Shown here: piece by piece, positions 1-20,531 of the stretch
Layout: each line of letters opens with the position of its first letter
How positions within the stretch are numbered: position 1 is the stretch's first letter
NCBI RefSeq assembly: GCF_009914755.1
Contig: NC_060925.1
Direction: 5' to 3' (one strand)
Source: the human T2T-CHM13v2.0 reference genome, Homo sapiens
DNA: 64,000 nucleotides
Translations under genes and position numbers: made by a program
The notes under the pieces: generated by a model
What the model saw: only the letters and a program-made list of their open reading frames with translations
What the model was told of the DNA's origin: nothing
Databases searched by the model: none

Positions 1-1110
1 CCACCAGCTCTGGAGAGAACCGTCTGAGGAGACGCGGGGGAGAGTTTGGGTCACAGGAGCAGGAAGGAACTGGCAGGTGTCTGTCACCTTATCATCCCGG
101 ACACCATGTTTACATTGTAATTGGCTTCTTTACAGAGAGGGAGGGACCAGGTTCCCAGTGTGAGTGATGTTTAGAGGTTTTCTGAGAAGCACAAGGACTG
201 GACTTTGACAGGAAGCAACGAGGCAAGAGGGAAGCTCGAGAACAGGTTTTGCTGAGGATTCCCCCCAAGAAAAGTGCTCCCCGGGAGGCCGTTCCTGGCA
301 CCAAGACTGGCGGAGCCACCACACCCGTTAAAGGGATCCACCTGGACAGCGATCAGGCGTGAGCCCCCCGAGGGGAAGTTGAAGTGGAAGCAGACGTGGG
401 TGGCAAAAGGCTGCATTGGGGGTCTGACCCAGAAGGAAACCTGATCAGGAGGGGGGAGAGGCTGAACGGAGGAAGGGGCCGGCAGAGTGGGTAGTTGAGT
501 AGGATGAGACTTCTTTGGAGGCGAGGCTAACTACATTAAACTCTGGGAAGGGAGGGCTTCCGTCGGACCCTGGGAGAAAGGCAGGTCTGGAGAGGAAAGA
601 CTGGCTTGGGGGGCCTGCGCGTCCGGCTCTGGAAGGCAACTCCTACTGGGGGCGGCGCGCAGCCGGCCTGGCGGGCGAGCCTCGTGCGGCCCGGGGGTGC
701 GGCCGGCCCGCGCGAGCTCAACAGGAGCTCACCTGGGATGCGTGCGGCCCTGTGGGAGGAAACTTCCTGGGTAGGTGAAAGCTGCCCCGCGGGAGCCGGC
801 CCGGCACCGGCAGAGCGCGGCCGGGTCACAGTCCACTCGGCAGCGGCGCGGAGGGCGGCGAGGGCCGCGCGGGGCGGGGCAGGAGGCGCCCGACGACCCT
901 GGGCGAGGTCGCGGCGGCCGCAGGGGGGCTCCGGCTCCGGAGGGCGCCCTCCCGCAGTCGCACCCGCTTTCCCTCACACACACCGGCCGCCCGGCCCACA
1001 AGCCAAGAAGCTGCCTGCTTGGCCCACAAGCCAAGAAGTCGGCGAAGCTGAGGGCGGTGGGGGAGGGGGCACCGGCCGGCCAAGCCCGGCGGACGGGCGT
1101 GTGGCGTTAC

Positions 1111-1143
1111 CTGTGTCAGAGAGAGCTGGGCCGCCGCAGCCAT
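1111..1143 (-). CDS. EPS15: EPS15 (epidermal growth factor receptor pathway substrate 15) first coding exon; the gene continues leftward out of the window
   Basis: Minus strand reads aacaccATGGCTGCGGCGGCCCAGCTCTCTCTGACACAG|gtaacg = MAAAAQLSLTQ, the recognised EPS15 N-terminus. Strong Kozak context and a phase-0 GT donor at 1110-1109. Confidence 0.96.
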
Positions 1144-1157
1144 GGTGTTTCCATCAT
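1116..1157 (-). promoter_or_regulatory. Overlapping out-of-frame uORF in the EPS15 5' leader (MMETPWLRRPSSL*)
   Basis: Tandem ATG ATG at 1157-1152, 14 and 11 nt upstream of the main ATG. TGA at 1118-1116 lies inside EPS15 coding exon 1. Confidence 0.65.
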
Positions 1158-3616
1158 GCAAGGGAGGGGAAGGAAGACGGGCTGACTGGGGCTCGGGGCG
1201 GGGAGGAGGCGGAGGGAGCGGCCGCAGGCGAGGCCGGGGCGGGCGGGCGGGCGTCTCCCCTAACTTCCACAACTTCCCTCCCCACGCCCGCCCCGCCCCG
1301 CCTGGCCCCGCCCGCCTGCCCGCCCGCCGGAGCCGGCCGCGGCGCCGCCCAAACCCTGGCGCCGGAGTCTCGGCCACCGGACCAGAGCCTGCCCCCGGGG
1401 CCGCCTTGGAAAACCCGGCGCGGACATAAAATTAAAGCGGACGGGCTGCGGAGGCGACTGCAGATTGACCTGTGAACTTCAGACAGGCCACCTACCTACG
1501 CTGAGCTCCTGCTTCTGAAAAATGGGGGAAATTGTAACTAGAGGCCCAGTTACTTACAAAGACTAAATGAGATAATGATAGAAAATAATAATGGCACTTT
1601 ATATATGCCAGGCTCTGTACTAGACTCTTATTTTTTGAATTGTATGAATGAAGGAACTGAAACACAAATAAGTGTCTTACTAAGGTCATACAGCTAATTA
1701 TATAGCTGAATTAGAATCCAAGTCTAACTGTAAATATTTAACCATCTGCTAGTATATTGGAAAAGAAGACATTAAGTCATTCCCTCCCACAGCCAAAATC
1801 CATTTGGAAAGGGGAAGCAAAAATGTATTTGCCTGGTGCCTGTCACATTTAGATTGTTTAACAAGGGAACGCTGGTGCCTGTAGCACTCCTAGCTTCTCC
1901 CATCATCCACTTAGCAAACTCCTCCTTCTTTCTCAGGACATAATTCAAGTTTCACCTCCTTTGCAAAGTATCTTTTTCTCTTCCTTATGTCAGAGTTACA
2001 CACTCTCCTTTATAACCTTTCTTCTCTACCTTGTGAAGTCATCACCCTAATGACAGTTTACACCTATCTATCCCTCTAGATTAAGAGCTCCTCAATGGCA
2101 AGAACTGTTTTCAATATATTTCTATATCGTCAGACCCTAGCATTACAGTGCATGCTCAGTAAAGGCCTTCGTTCCTGCCTATATTAAACATAACACATCC
2201 TACACCTTCTGATGCTGCCAACCTTCAGTTGGAATACCCAGTTACTTGAAATTCATCTTCAAAGTCTCAGAGTATATACCACCTACTTCAAGAAGCCTTC
2301 TAGGAACTCCACACCCCACCTCTAAGTTGTTCTGATGTGACCGTTTTTATACTCTGCCTTATCTGTAAGCGTTAGTTGAGGGTTTGTCTCCACCTCACTG
2401 CACTGTAAAATCCTTGAGGACAAGGGGCTGACTCACTGCTTTATCTCCCTCATAGTTTAGCCTACCACAGAGGCCTCAATAAATGTATTTGCCCGAATTG
2501 GTCTTAATTTCTTAGTCACGATGGCTTCCCATTACAACAAACCACAACTCTATCAGGCCTACACCCATTACCATTATCATAGCAGTCCCCGTGGTAGGAG
2601 GGACAACTGAACAAGACCCAGGATGGAGTTAGCCCCACCTGAGTTTTTAGACTATTGCCTCCACAAGCAAACCACTCCAGAAATTTCCCAAGGAACTCCT
2701 AATTCTACTCAGACTCCTTCTGGCAAAGGCCAGCTAACAAGAGCAAGCCATATAGGTCTGGTGAGTAACCACTTATTCAAGAGCATCTTCCTTGGCTTCT
2801 TTTTTGCTGCTAATCTCTTTAACTGAAGAGAGAATAAGAGATACTGTTTTACATTACTTCACTTTGGTACACTTATCAGCCATAACCACAACCGGTGTTT
2901 CTACCGGTGTTTTCTACTTTATATTAGCACATTTGAGCTTCACAACTCTAAAAGGAAGTAATCGTCATACTCACTTTACAAATGAGGTAATGCAGGGTCA
3001 CAGAGGCTAAGTGATTTGCCCAGGGTTATACAACTGATAGACAAAGCAGCATAGTATAGTGAAATAAATAGGACTCAGACATTAGGAATATCCAGGTTCC
3101 ATTCCTGGCTCTCCCATTCACTAGTTGTATGCCCTTAGGGTTGTTGTGAGGATGAATGAGATGACATATACAAAAGTGCCTAAACTTGTAGCTACACAAA
3201 TTATGAAATCTGAAAATCATGGAGCAAATCGCTTTGGGGAGTATAATTTCACTTGCTATTCAAGGGGACTCCTCCAAACCATATGAGATGTAAGATATTC
3301 CTCTCAGATGAATAAGGTGGAAACCCTGCCATGTAGTTTCCGGAAAGGCAGTGCAGAGTAGCAAAGAGAATATTAAGAATCAGAGTGTGACCGCAGGCAA
3401 ACCATTTAACCTCTTTGAGCTTCAGTTTCTCATACAGGAAAAGTAAGGAATTATTACTGTTTTAACTTTTATATGATTTATATTAAGTCAAAAGCACACC
3501 TTACCCAGGCATGGTGGCACATGCCTATAGTCCCAGCTACACAGGAGACTGAGGCAGTTGCACAGAGCACGAATTCAGCCTGAGCAACATAGAGAGACCC
3601 CATCTCTAATAAATAA

Positions 3617-3975
<359 letters not shown>

Positions 3976-6900
3976 TAGAAGCACAACTTCTAATGTTCAG
4001 TAAGTACATTATAAAAGTTTGTTGAATTGAACTGAATACAATCTCATATATAATTGTTATTTGGATCTTCACTTTATCCCCATAAGAAAATCAAGGAACA
4101 AATATTTTATAAATTTATTTTATAAATAGCTTCTATAAGTAAGAGCCATTGACAGCAGGCTTGGGTCTTGGTTAACAAAAAATAAAAAGAATCAGATGCC
4201 CTAGCAAGGGAAGACTTGCTTAAAATCTTTATATGGGAATTGCCCCACGTCCCCTTCCAGACCACTAGTAATTTGTAGTGGCTTCTTTCTTCATTCGTAG
4301 GTTCTGGTTTAAATTAATGACATGTAATGGGAGATGGGAGCATGTCTATAGGGAAGAGAATAATGGGCCAAATTCCCAAAAAAGGCCTAGAACTTCTGAG
4401 AGAGGTGTTTTTGTTTGTTTGTTTGTTTGTTTGTTTTAATGACAAACCAATGACAATTTGCAAATGTGTGGCCCAGATCTCGTCAGAGCACTGGGTCATA
4501 TCCCAAATCTATTTTAGGAGAGGAAAAATGTAGCCAATCGAATATATGTTATAATCTAATTCATTATAACAAGAATGAGTTGCATGGAGCAGACAAGAAG
4601 AATTTATCTGTTTTTTCTAGGACAACTTAATGTCTCTGGGTCACTAAGCCTCATTTTCCTCATGATTACATTGAAGATAATAATATCTACTTTGTATGGA
4701 TGGTTTAAGGATTAGAGCTCATGTATAATGGCCTATCAGAGAGACTGGCCTGGAATAGATGTTCAATAAGTAGCAGCTATAAGATACCATTCTTCAAGAT
4801 CACCATTTAACTCTCTACCCTTCAGGCAACCCTCCAACAACTAAGTTGGTTTGACAGATATATTAGTTACATGAATGGGTCTGCCAGACCAGACCAGGTG
4901 GCTCACATTTGTAATTTTAGCACTCTGGAAGGCCGAGGCAGGAGGATTGCATGAGCCCAGGAGTTCAAGACCAGCCTGGGCAACATAGTGAGACCTCGTC
5001 TCTATTTTTTTAAAATCAATCAAATAAAAATAAATAAATAAATAAGAATAAGGGTGCTTTGAACAACTGACATATCCCTGTCATTGAAAAAGTAGATGTT
5101 CCCTAGGTAAACAAAGTTGTATCTGATGACTTAAATCTGAATACTAATAACCAACAATTGCTGTTTTCTTTTTTTTGTTTTATTTATTTATTTATTTTAT
5201 TTGAGACAGTGTCTTGCTATGTTGCCTAGGCTGGTCTTCAACTCCTGGGCTCAAGTCATCCTCCTGCCTCAGCCTCCCAAAGTGCTGGGATTATAGGTGT
5301 GAGCCACCGCACCCAGACAAATTGCTGCTTTAATGTGCATTATTTCATTTATTCCTCAAAACAGCTCTACAAGGGTTATTTTTAATCTTTTTTTTTAACA
5401 GAAGAAGAATTTGTCCAAATTCATAATGACAAAGCTGGGAATTATACACAATTATACACGGGTCTTCTGATTCAAATGCGCTTTTTCCTGGGGTGTGTTG
5501 CTGGTGTCCTGCAGACATTAATCACCACCCAGGAAGACTTGTTAAAATTTTGCCCTTGAACATGGGAAGCTGAAGATGAGGCTCTGGATTTACGATAGCC
5601 CTAAATCCAGGATGAGCCTAAAGAGAAGACCTTAAATCATAAACAGCTTTGTCACCAATCATCTTTCTATCCTACTCTAACTCCAACCCCCCTCCCCAAC
5701 CCATCCTTAAAGGAAATCAAAACTACTTTTATTTTCTTATTTTCTAGCTTTTAGAGGCAGTTGTCATATCAACGCTTCATGAACACTGCGTGTCTGTGAA
5801 GTCAGCATCTAGAAAGTTGAGAAATGTGAGGTGATTGAAACTATGGAAAAAAAAACTGAGGAACTCTCTGAATACACAAAGGGCCAGTTTATTTGCATGA
5901 GACTTTGAGAGATGGGCTTTCCATATAGATGGTGCTAAACTGTATTTTAAAATCTTACTACAATTCTCATGGTAATCTGAAGCTCGTGCTTCTAAGCTGC
6001 TGGTTTCATAAATATAGTCCATCATTGTTCGCGTTTGCCCAGGGCAGAAAGAATATGTGAGGCAGCACAATAACAACAATTGTGCTATGCAAATAACCAT
6101 CCCTGTGCCAGGGATTGAGCTATGAAAAGAACAAGCAGTAAGAGATTTGTAAATGCCATACACACGCAGGGTGTGATAGAACAGTTCAAAATTGTCATCA
6201 TCACTAACTTTTCAGGGCAGTGGGATACCCTGGGAAGAAGCTGAGTTTAGGACTGGGAAGGCCCAGGTTGGTCCAGTTTTGGTCCTGCAGGTTCTTTGGT
6301 GACTTTGCAGAAGTGAGGAACTATACCAAGCCACGGTTTCCTCTCCTGTAAACTAAAAGTAATAATAATACCTACCTGCTCATGCTATTACAATGATTAA
6401 ATGAAGGTTTATGTGAAAACCTGGGACACAGCAGAAACTAGATAAGCATTAGCTCCTTTTTCTTCCTACTGGAGAACATGTAGGCTTTAAGTAACCAGAA
6501 CACAAAAATAGAAAATATTTTTAAAGGTTTTCAGTGGCCTTCCAAAGCCCACTTAATGGTTTTTTACATAAAATTTATTTAATCCATTAGTAATATTTAT
6601 TGAGTACTATACAGTAAGAGAGATTATTATATTTATGTCCCCAAAGGCCATTGGCTTCTAGTGAGAAAGCAAACACTGTTTTGCCCTTGCCCTATTTCCT
6701 TCCTTTCCTCTCTGTCCTTTATGAAGAGTGCTGGAAGCCATAAGAAACCAAAAGGAACACCATAGGAAAGAAACCTTGCACTCATGGCTGCAGGTTCTTT
6801 CATCTGCAGGTTTCAAAGCATTTTCTCCATAGGTAATTACTAGCCCTACTTACCATGTGTGAATGCTGAGACATCATCAAATTAAGAAGCTTGCCCTAAA

Positions 6901-8657
6901 TCACAAGGCAAGTCAGAGGATGGGCTGCAGACAGAACAAAGCTGTCCTGTTTGCCAGACTTGGGCTCTAAAGTAGGGCACATGAGTGTCAACAGAAGACT
7001 TCAAGTGATGAGGAAAAAAGTTTGAGGAATCCTGATTCTGAATCAGCGCAATAACAAGAGCATGGGCTTCAGAGTCAAATTTGATTTCAAATCCCAGCTC
7101 AGCCCCATTTGACTGGCTGCCTGACCTTCATCAAATCATAAACTAAGTCTAGTTTCCCTTTTTGTAAAATGAGGATATTCTTACTTCTAAGGGTTTTGGG
7201 GAAAGTTAAATTATGTAACTAGTGTGAGAGAGCCTGGTTCAGTATCTGTCACTTAGCAGGTGCTGATAATGTTGGTTTATGTCATTGGGAAAAGTTAATA
7301 TATCTCCCCCACAAACACAAAATAACAAATAGACAACTCTTTCAGTCAAAGATTTTCAAAGCCATAATCACAGTTGTGTCTCAGTTTAAACCCATGACAT
7401 CTCACATTATAGCACAAATAGAGGATGCCTTGTTCAGGCCTTCATCACTTTTCTTCCTTGATTCTGTGCTTTCTCTCATAGCCCAAGTCCAATCTACCAG
7501 AAAGTTCTGTCGGCTCGATCTCCAATATATATCCAAGATCCTAATTTCCAGGTCTGACCACTTTTCACCACCTCCACTACCATGGCCTTTCTCTTGGACC
7601 ACTGCTAAAGTTTCTTAACCAACATCCCTACTTCCATGATTTTGCCTAAGTTCATTCTCCATATCATAAACTGAATGATCTATTTTTATTTATTTACATC
7701 ACCCAGCTGCAGTGCAGTGGCACGATCATGGCTCACTGTAGCTTTGAACTCCTGGGCTTAAGCGATCCTCTTGCCTCAGCCTGAATGATTTTTTTTTGTT
7801 CTTTTTGAGACAGCATCTCACTCTGTCACCTAGACCGGAGTGCAGTGGTCCAATTTCAGCTCACAGCAGCCTCCATCTCCCAGGCTCAGTTGATCCTCCT
7901 ACCTCAGCCTCCAGAGAAACTGGGACTACAGGTTCACACCACCACACCCAGCTAATTTTTGTATTTTTTGTAGAGACAGGGTTTTGCCACATTGCCCAGG
8001 TTGGTCTTAAACTCTTGGGCTTAAGCAATCCACCTGCCTTGGCCTCCCAAAACGCTGGGATTACAGGGGTGAACAACTGCACTCTGCCTGAATGTTCTTT
8101 TTAAAACATAAACCAGATCTTATTATTTTCCTGGTTAAAACCCTACAGGGACTTCTCATCAAGCACCTGAATATGGCCTACCGTGGGTAAAGTATGTGTC
8201 AGCAAAGCCCAGAAGAGCGAGATGTCTGGTTAAATGGAGCATGGTAGAGATGAGAGAGAAAGAAACTAGCAGAGAAGGGTGGAAGGGGTGTTAGAAAATA
8301 CCCAGAAGGACTCATGGCTGGACTACAAGAGGCTGAGAGAAATGTTTCTCTCTGGAGATTCTCTTTTTTGTAAAATGAGGATATTCTTACTTCTGAGGAT
8401 TTCGGGGAAAGTTAAATGATGCAACTGGTGTGAGAGAACCTAGTTCAGTATCTGTCACTTAGCAGGTGGTGGTAATGTTTGTTTATGTCATTGGGGAAAG
8501 TAGCTCAAAAGAGTCCCAAAAATAGCTCAAGAGATTCACAATCAACACTGGAAGCAAAGGAGATTCTTACTGTTTTCCATTGATGGCATTTTTAAATCTA
8601 GTGGCCTGGAATTTTTAAGCACCCAATCAGGAATCTATTTTACCCTTTTTTTTTTAA

Positions 8658-8780
<123 letters not shown>

Positions 8781-9232
8781 TGAGTAGCTGGGATTAGAGG
8801 CAAGCGCCACCACACCTGGCTAATTTTTTGTATTTTTAGTAGAGACGGGGTTTCACCAAGTTGGCTAGGATACTCTTGATCTCCTGACCTCGTGATCTGC
8901 CCACCTAGGCCTCCTAAAGTGCTGGGATTACAGGCATGAGCCATCGCGCCTGGCCTATTTACCCTTTTAAAAGTAAGAATTATACGCTAGGACCCCTAAC
9001 ATCAGGACAATGGTTAAGATGATGGACTTTGGAATCAAATTTGACATTGAATCAAGGTCCTCCACTTATAAGCTACAACACCATGGTCAAGTTATTAAAA
9101 CTCTTTGACCCTCAGTTTCATGCAGACTACCATACAGAATGAGTAAAAGAATTAAATAGACAATGATTATAAAGCACTTTGCATAGTATCTGAGACATGG
9201 GGAGTAAGTGCTCAGCAAATGGGGACTATCCA

Positions 9233-9245
9233 ATGATGATGGTGG

Positions 9246-9283
<38 letters not shown>

Positions 9284-9288
9284 GTGAT
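9233..9288 (+). repeat. (GAT)n microsatellite with GGT interruptions
   Basis: Directly visible. Confidence 0.95.
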
Positions 9289-9468
9289 TAAGAATTGGGT
9301 TATCTTTTTTAAAAAATTTTTTTAGATACAGGGACTCACCCTGTTGCCCAGGATGGAGTGCAGTGGTGCAGTCATAGCTCACTGTAGACTCAAACTACTG
9401 GGCTCAGGCAGTTACCCACCTCAGCCTCCTGAGTAGCTGGGACTACAGACACATGTCCCCATACCTAG

Positions 9469-9624
<156 letters not shown>

Positions 9625-9661
9625 TAAATTGGCCTTGTAAGCTAATAAAAAATGAAGTCTA

Positions 9662-12370
<2,709 letters not shown>

Positions 12371-12371
12371 A

Positions 12372-13200
<829 letters not shown>

Positions 13201-13209
13201 ATTTAAAGA

Positions 13210-14830
13210 AAAATATTATTTGGACTATTGTGGGGAAATAAACTGTAGATCAACAAGGGCAGAAACTGGTAAAACAAATATAAGATTATTGCAATAATCC
13301 AGATATGATGATGGCTTGGTGGTGAGAGGTGGTAAGAAGTGGTCAGATTCTGTACATATTGAAGGTAGAGCACACCAGATTTGCTAAAGGATTAAGGATG
13401 AGGTATGAGAGGAAGAAAAGGATCACGGATGATGCCAGGGATTTTGCCTGAGCAACTGGATTGATGAAATTGTTTTTTACTGAGATGAGTAAGACTATGG
13501 AAGAAGCCAATTTAGAGAGAATATCGGGAATTTGGCCTTTGACTAAATTTGATACACTTTTAGATATCCAAGTTGAAATGTCAAGGATGCGGTTGGAATA
13601 AGAGTCTGGAGTTCAGGGGAGAGGCCTGGGTTGGTGATATAAATTTGGGTGTCATTAGCATATGGAGGCATTTAAAGCCATGAGGTTGGGTGAGACTGTC
13701 CAAGTGTCTATAATAAAACCCAAGAAGTCCAACTACCAAGCCCTGGGCCACTCCAATGTTAGGACTCAGGGAAATGAAGAGGAACTAGTAAAGGAGACCA
13801 AAGAAAGAGCAGCTGAGCTTAGAGGAAAACCAGGAGAGTATGATGTCTGTCCTTGAGCCAAATGAGCAATGTGTTTCAGGAAGGAGCAAGGAAGGAAGGA
13901 GTGAGAAAGCATGTCAAATCTTATCAAAGAGCTAGTTAGATGAGGATTGCAATTAATATCCAGAGTTAGCAATGTGGAAGTCTTTGGTGACCTTGGTAAT
14001 CGTTTCAGGGGAAGGTGAAAGAAAAGTATAATTAGAGGAGGCTCGGGAGAGAATGAAAAGAGAGGACTTGGAGTCAAGAAAAACAGATAATTCTCTAGAA
14101 ATGTCTAGCTGAAATGAAGAGCAGAGAAATGGTGTGAATACCTAGTAAGGGATACAGAGTCAAGAGAGGTTTCTTTTCTTAAGGTGAGCAATAATGCAGC
14201 ATTTTTTAGAAAGTGAACGGAATGATCTGGTAGAAGAGGAATCACTGATGATACAAGCAAGAGAGGGAATTGCTGGAGTGCAGGGGAAAGAATTGGCTTT
14301 GAGAATACCGAAGAGGGCTGAGTATGTGGGCATGGATGCAGGTGGATGGGTTATCTGCTGAGAGGGAGGAAAAAGGAGAGGATATGAAAAGTTTGAAAAA
14401 AGTTACGAAATAAGCATTTAGGAAAAGTGGATGGACTTGAAAATGTAGTATGATTCCCAGGTAGCACTAAAAGCCCACTTGAGGTCAGTGGCGATGAATT
14501 TTAAGAGTCCAGTTGACACAGTTGTGGGTTTTTCTTCATCCACTTTCCCAAAGGCAGAGAGTAGGTAGAGTTAGATTGTGCAGGGTAGGGATCTTGTGAA
14601 GCAAAATGAGAATGCAAGAGGAGGCAAGAGAGAAGAGGACCTATCAAGGGAGTGATTTTAACATTGGACCTTGGAATTTAGGTGGGTAAAAAGGGAAGTG
14701 AGGACACAAGATAGTTGAGGAATGGTGAAGAGATATTAGGATCACTGGATTATAAGGCCCAGGAAGGGATCAGAGAAGTGTTGGAGTCAGGGTGTTGGAA
14801 GGAGTGAGCTGAGAAACAGGAGATTTAGAA
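13210..14830 (-). mobile_element. L2 element fragment
   Basis: Purine-rich antisense L2 motifs (ttagatatccaagttgaaatgtcaagga, tttggtgaccttggtaat). Confidence 0.75.
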
Positions 14831-14839
14831 AGATAAGTA

Positions 14840-14982
14840 AAATTATTGTTAGATTATTATTAATAATTGGTAATTATTAAATGGTAATTGGTAATTAAAT
14901 GGTAATTGGTAATTAATTGGTAATTGGTAATAATTGGTAATTATTAATTGGTAATTAATAAATGGTAGATATTTATTAATAA
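14840..14982. repeat. AT-rich degenerate tandem repeat built on TAATTGG / TAAT units
   Basis: aattggtaattattaaatggtaattggtaattaaatggtaattggtaattaattgg... Confidence 0.85.
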
Positions 14983-15085
14983 CTGGAAGCAACCTCTAAA
15001 AAAATCATAGTATTAAGACCCAGTTCATGCCCTCTAAGTGCTCACTCTGTGATGGGAAAGACAAGACAGAATGAAATAAATATTA

Positions 15086-15538
<453 letters not shown>

Positions 15539-15996
15539 TCAAAATGGAGCAAATGCAGCACATGGCCTGAATAAATGTTCACAGTTACACCATTGCAATG
15601 AGTGCTCAGAAAACAGAGGTTGGAGTGCAGGGTGGGAGCTATGGCAGGACATGAGACTAGAAAATTATCTGGAACAGGCAAGGGATTTTTGAATGCCAGG
15701 CTAATGCCTGGGCATTTTTTTTTCTTTTGTTTTTTCTTTTTTCTTTCTTTTTTTTTTTTTTTTTTGCAGAGGAATAGATAATACTGAGGTTAGGGGTTAG
15801 AGGTTATTATTCTAAATAATTGATGCTGACTGGGCGCAGTGGCTCACACGTGTAATCCCAGCACTTTGGGAGGCCGAGGCAGGTGGATCATGAGGTCAGG
15901 AGTTCGAGACTAGCCTGACCAACATGGTGAAACCCCATCTCTACTAAAAATATAAAAACTAGCGGGGAGTGGTGGCACATGCTGTAGTCCCAGCTA

Positions 15997-16132
<136 letters not shown>

Positions 16133-17769
16133 TTATCATGTTATGAAGTCATACTGGTTTTTTTGTTTTGAACAGTCTAGTAATTTTATTCTCCATCATG
16201 TCCTTAAGTCATATTAGGGAAGTTTTATGCTTTGGATTTTCTGATTGTCTTTTTAAGATCATCTCCCCTCTATGGCAATGATAATGTTGTTTCTTTCCAA
16301 ATAATGTTCTGTCACATGCTCATTCACTTTTTTTTCCAAATGGCCTTCAACTTCATCCCCTGATGTTGGTAGGAAAGTCTAAGATCCCTCAGCAGTCTGA
16401 AGCTCCTCTCAGAAAGGGGTGAGGAGTGGGTTGGATAGGATCAGAACTATGCTGTCCAGGGCATTCAGACCCGTTGAAGTGGATAAGAATTAAAGGTGAA
16501 CAGTCAGATCCTCCCAGGGAGAGGAAGCCACAAGAGACACAGCCTCACAACTGTGTTGTCACAGTGTTTTCAGAACTCAGTACCAATACCAGTGATGGGG
16601 CCACGCTTTTTGCAAGTGACGTTTATTATGTCATTTGAAAATATCAGAATCTCTCTCTTCACAGGCTAGCCAGATAAGTATTGAAACCATTAATTTCTCT
16701 ACCATGTCACTGTGTCTTTGGGCAAGCCCCTTCTCTCCTCTGGACCCAGGGTCCTGCCTATAAAACGAAGGGGCTCTATTCATCCTCCTCTAGGATCCCT
16801 TTCAATTCTGACAGGCTCTAATTTTTCTGTTATCAGTTATTCTTTATTAAACTTACAGTATGTGCCAGCTTTTTTCAAGATGTGAGACCCTCTCACCCTC
16901 TTACTCCTCAACCCCCTGTTATAACTTATCTTGGGCTTTTCTTGTTTAAAACATTTGGAAAAAGTGGTGTGTTCACGGGACCTTTATTTGCCCTAAGACA
17001 TTTGAGGGTAAATCATGTGAAGGCCTTTGTTTTCTTCCAGCAGCCAAAACAATAAAACCACCAAATTGCGTGCAGCATCATTTTCTACTGCCCTCAAGTG
17101 GTGGTGGCCCAAATGTCTTTTCCTGGTTGCAGTTTAAGGAATAAAACATGTTTTCAGAAGAGCTCTAGGCATCTAGGAGAGGGTAGGAGAGTCATAGAGT
17201 CACAAAGGGCCTGAGGTGGAAAGGCCCTTACAGGATGTCTGATCTAAGCCCCTCGTCTTGAAAGGGAGAGACTGAAGTCCACCTTGGTTCTCTGATCAGT
17301 GAACAAACCTAGTTTCTTCTGTCTTTAAAGAGCTATCTTATGACCCTGACTCTATTTTTGGCTCCATTTCTCTGCTCCCATTCACAGTGAAATTTTCTAA
17401 AGAGTTATCTCCATACTGTTTCTATTTCTTCATCTATGCTTTATTATTATTATTACTTTTTATTTTTTTTTAAAAACAAAATAATAATCTCACTCTGTCG
17501 CCCAGGCTGGAGTGCATTGGGCTGATGTTGGCTCATTTCAGCCTCTGCCTATGGGTTCAAGTGATTCTCCTGCCTCAGCCTCCCAAGTAGCTGGGACTAT
17601 AGGAGGATGCCACCACACCTGGCTAATTTTTATATTTTTAGTAGAGACAGAGTTTCACCATGTTGGCCAGGCTGGTCTCGAACTCTTGACCTCAAATGTT
17701 AACCCCCCACCCCGCCGCCCTTGTCTACCAAAGTGCTGGGATTACAGGCATGAACCACCGTGCCCACCT

Positions 17770-20525
<2,756 letters not shown>

Positions 20526-20531
20526 AAAGGC

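Larger units (their letters stand above)
560..1460. promoter_or_regulatory. CpG island / GC-box promoter of EPS15, probably also driving plus-strand (antisense / OSBPL9-direction) transcription
   Basis: Very high GC and CpG density compared with the CpG-poor remainder. GC boxes at 871-880 (GGGGCGGGGC), 1236-1251 and about 1287-1302. Surrounds the EPS15 start codon. Boundaries approximate. Confidence 0.93.

Noticed and set aside
826-1377. 183-aa minus-strand ORF as a full protein
   Set aside because: Only MAAAAQLSLTQ is real EPS15 coding sequence; the rest is leader/promoter and intron 1 read-through past the GT donor.
606-1475. 289-aa plus-strand ORF and other long ORFs over the CpG island
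   Set aside because: Low-complexity G/A/P/R content expected from stop-poor GC-rich DNA; non-ATG start and no recognisable domain.
5777-6163. 128-aa minus-strand ORF in non-Alu sequence
   Set aside because: No domain similarity, non-ATG start, composition typical of random AT-rich DNA.
14840-14982. Possible CRISPR-like or structured RNA array
   Set aside because: Eukaryotic context, no unique spacers; simple degenerate satellite.
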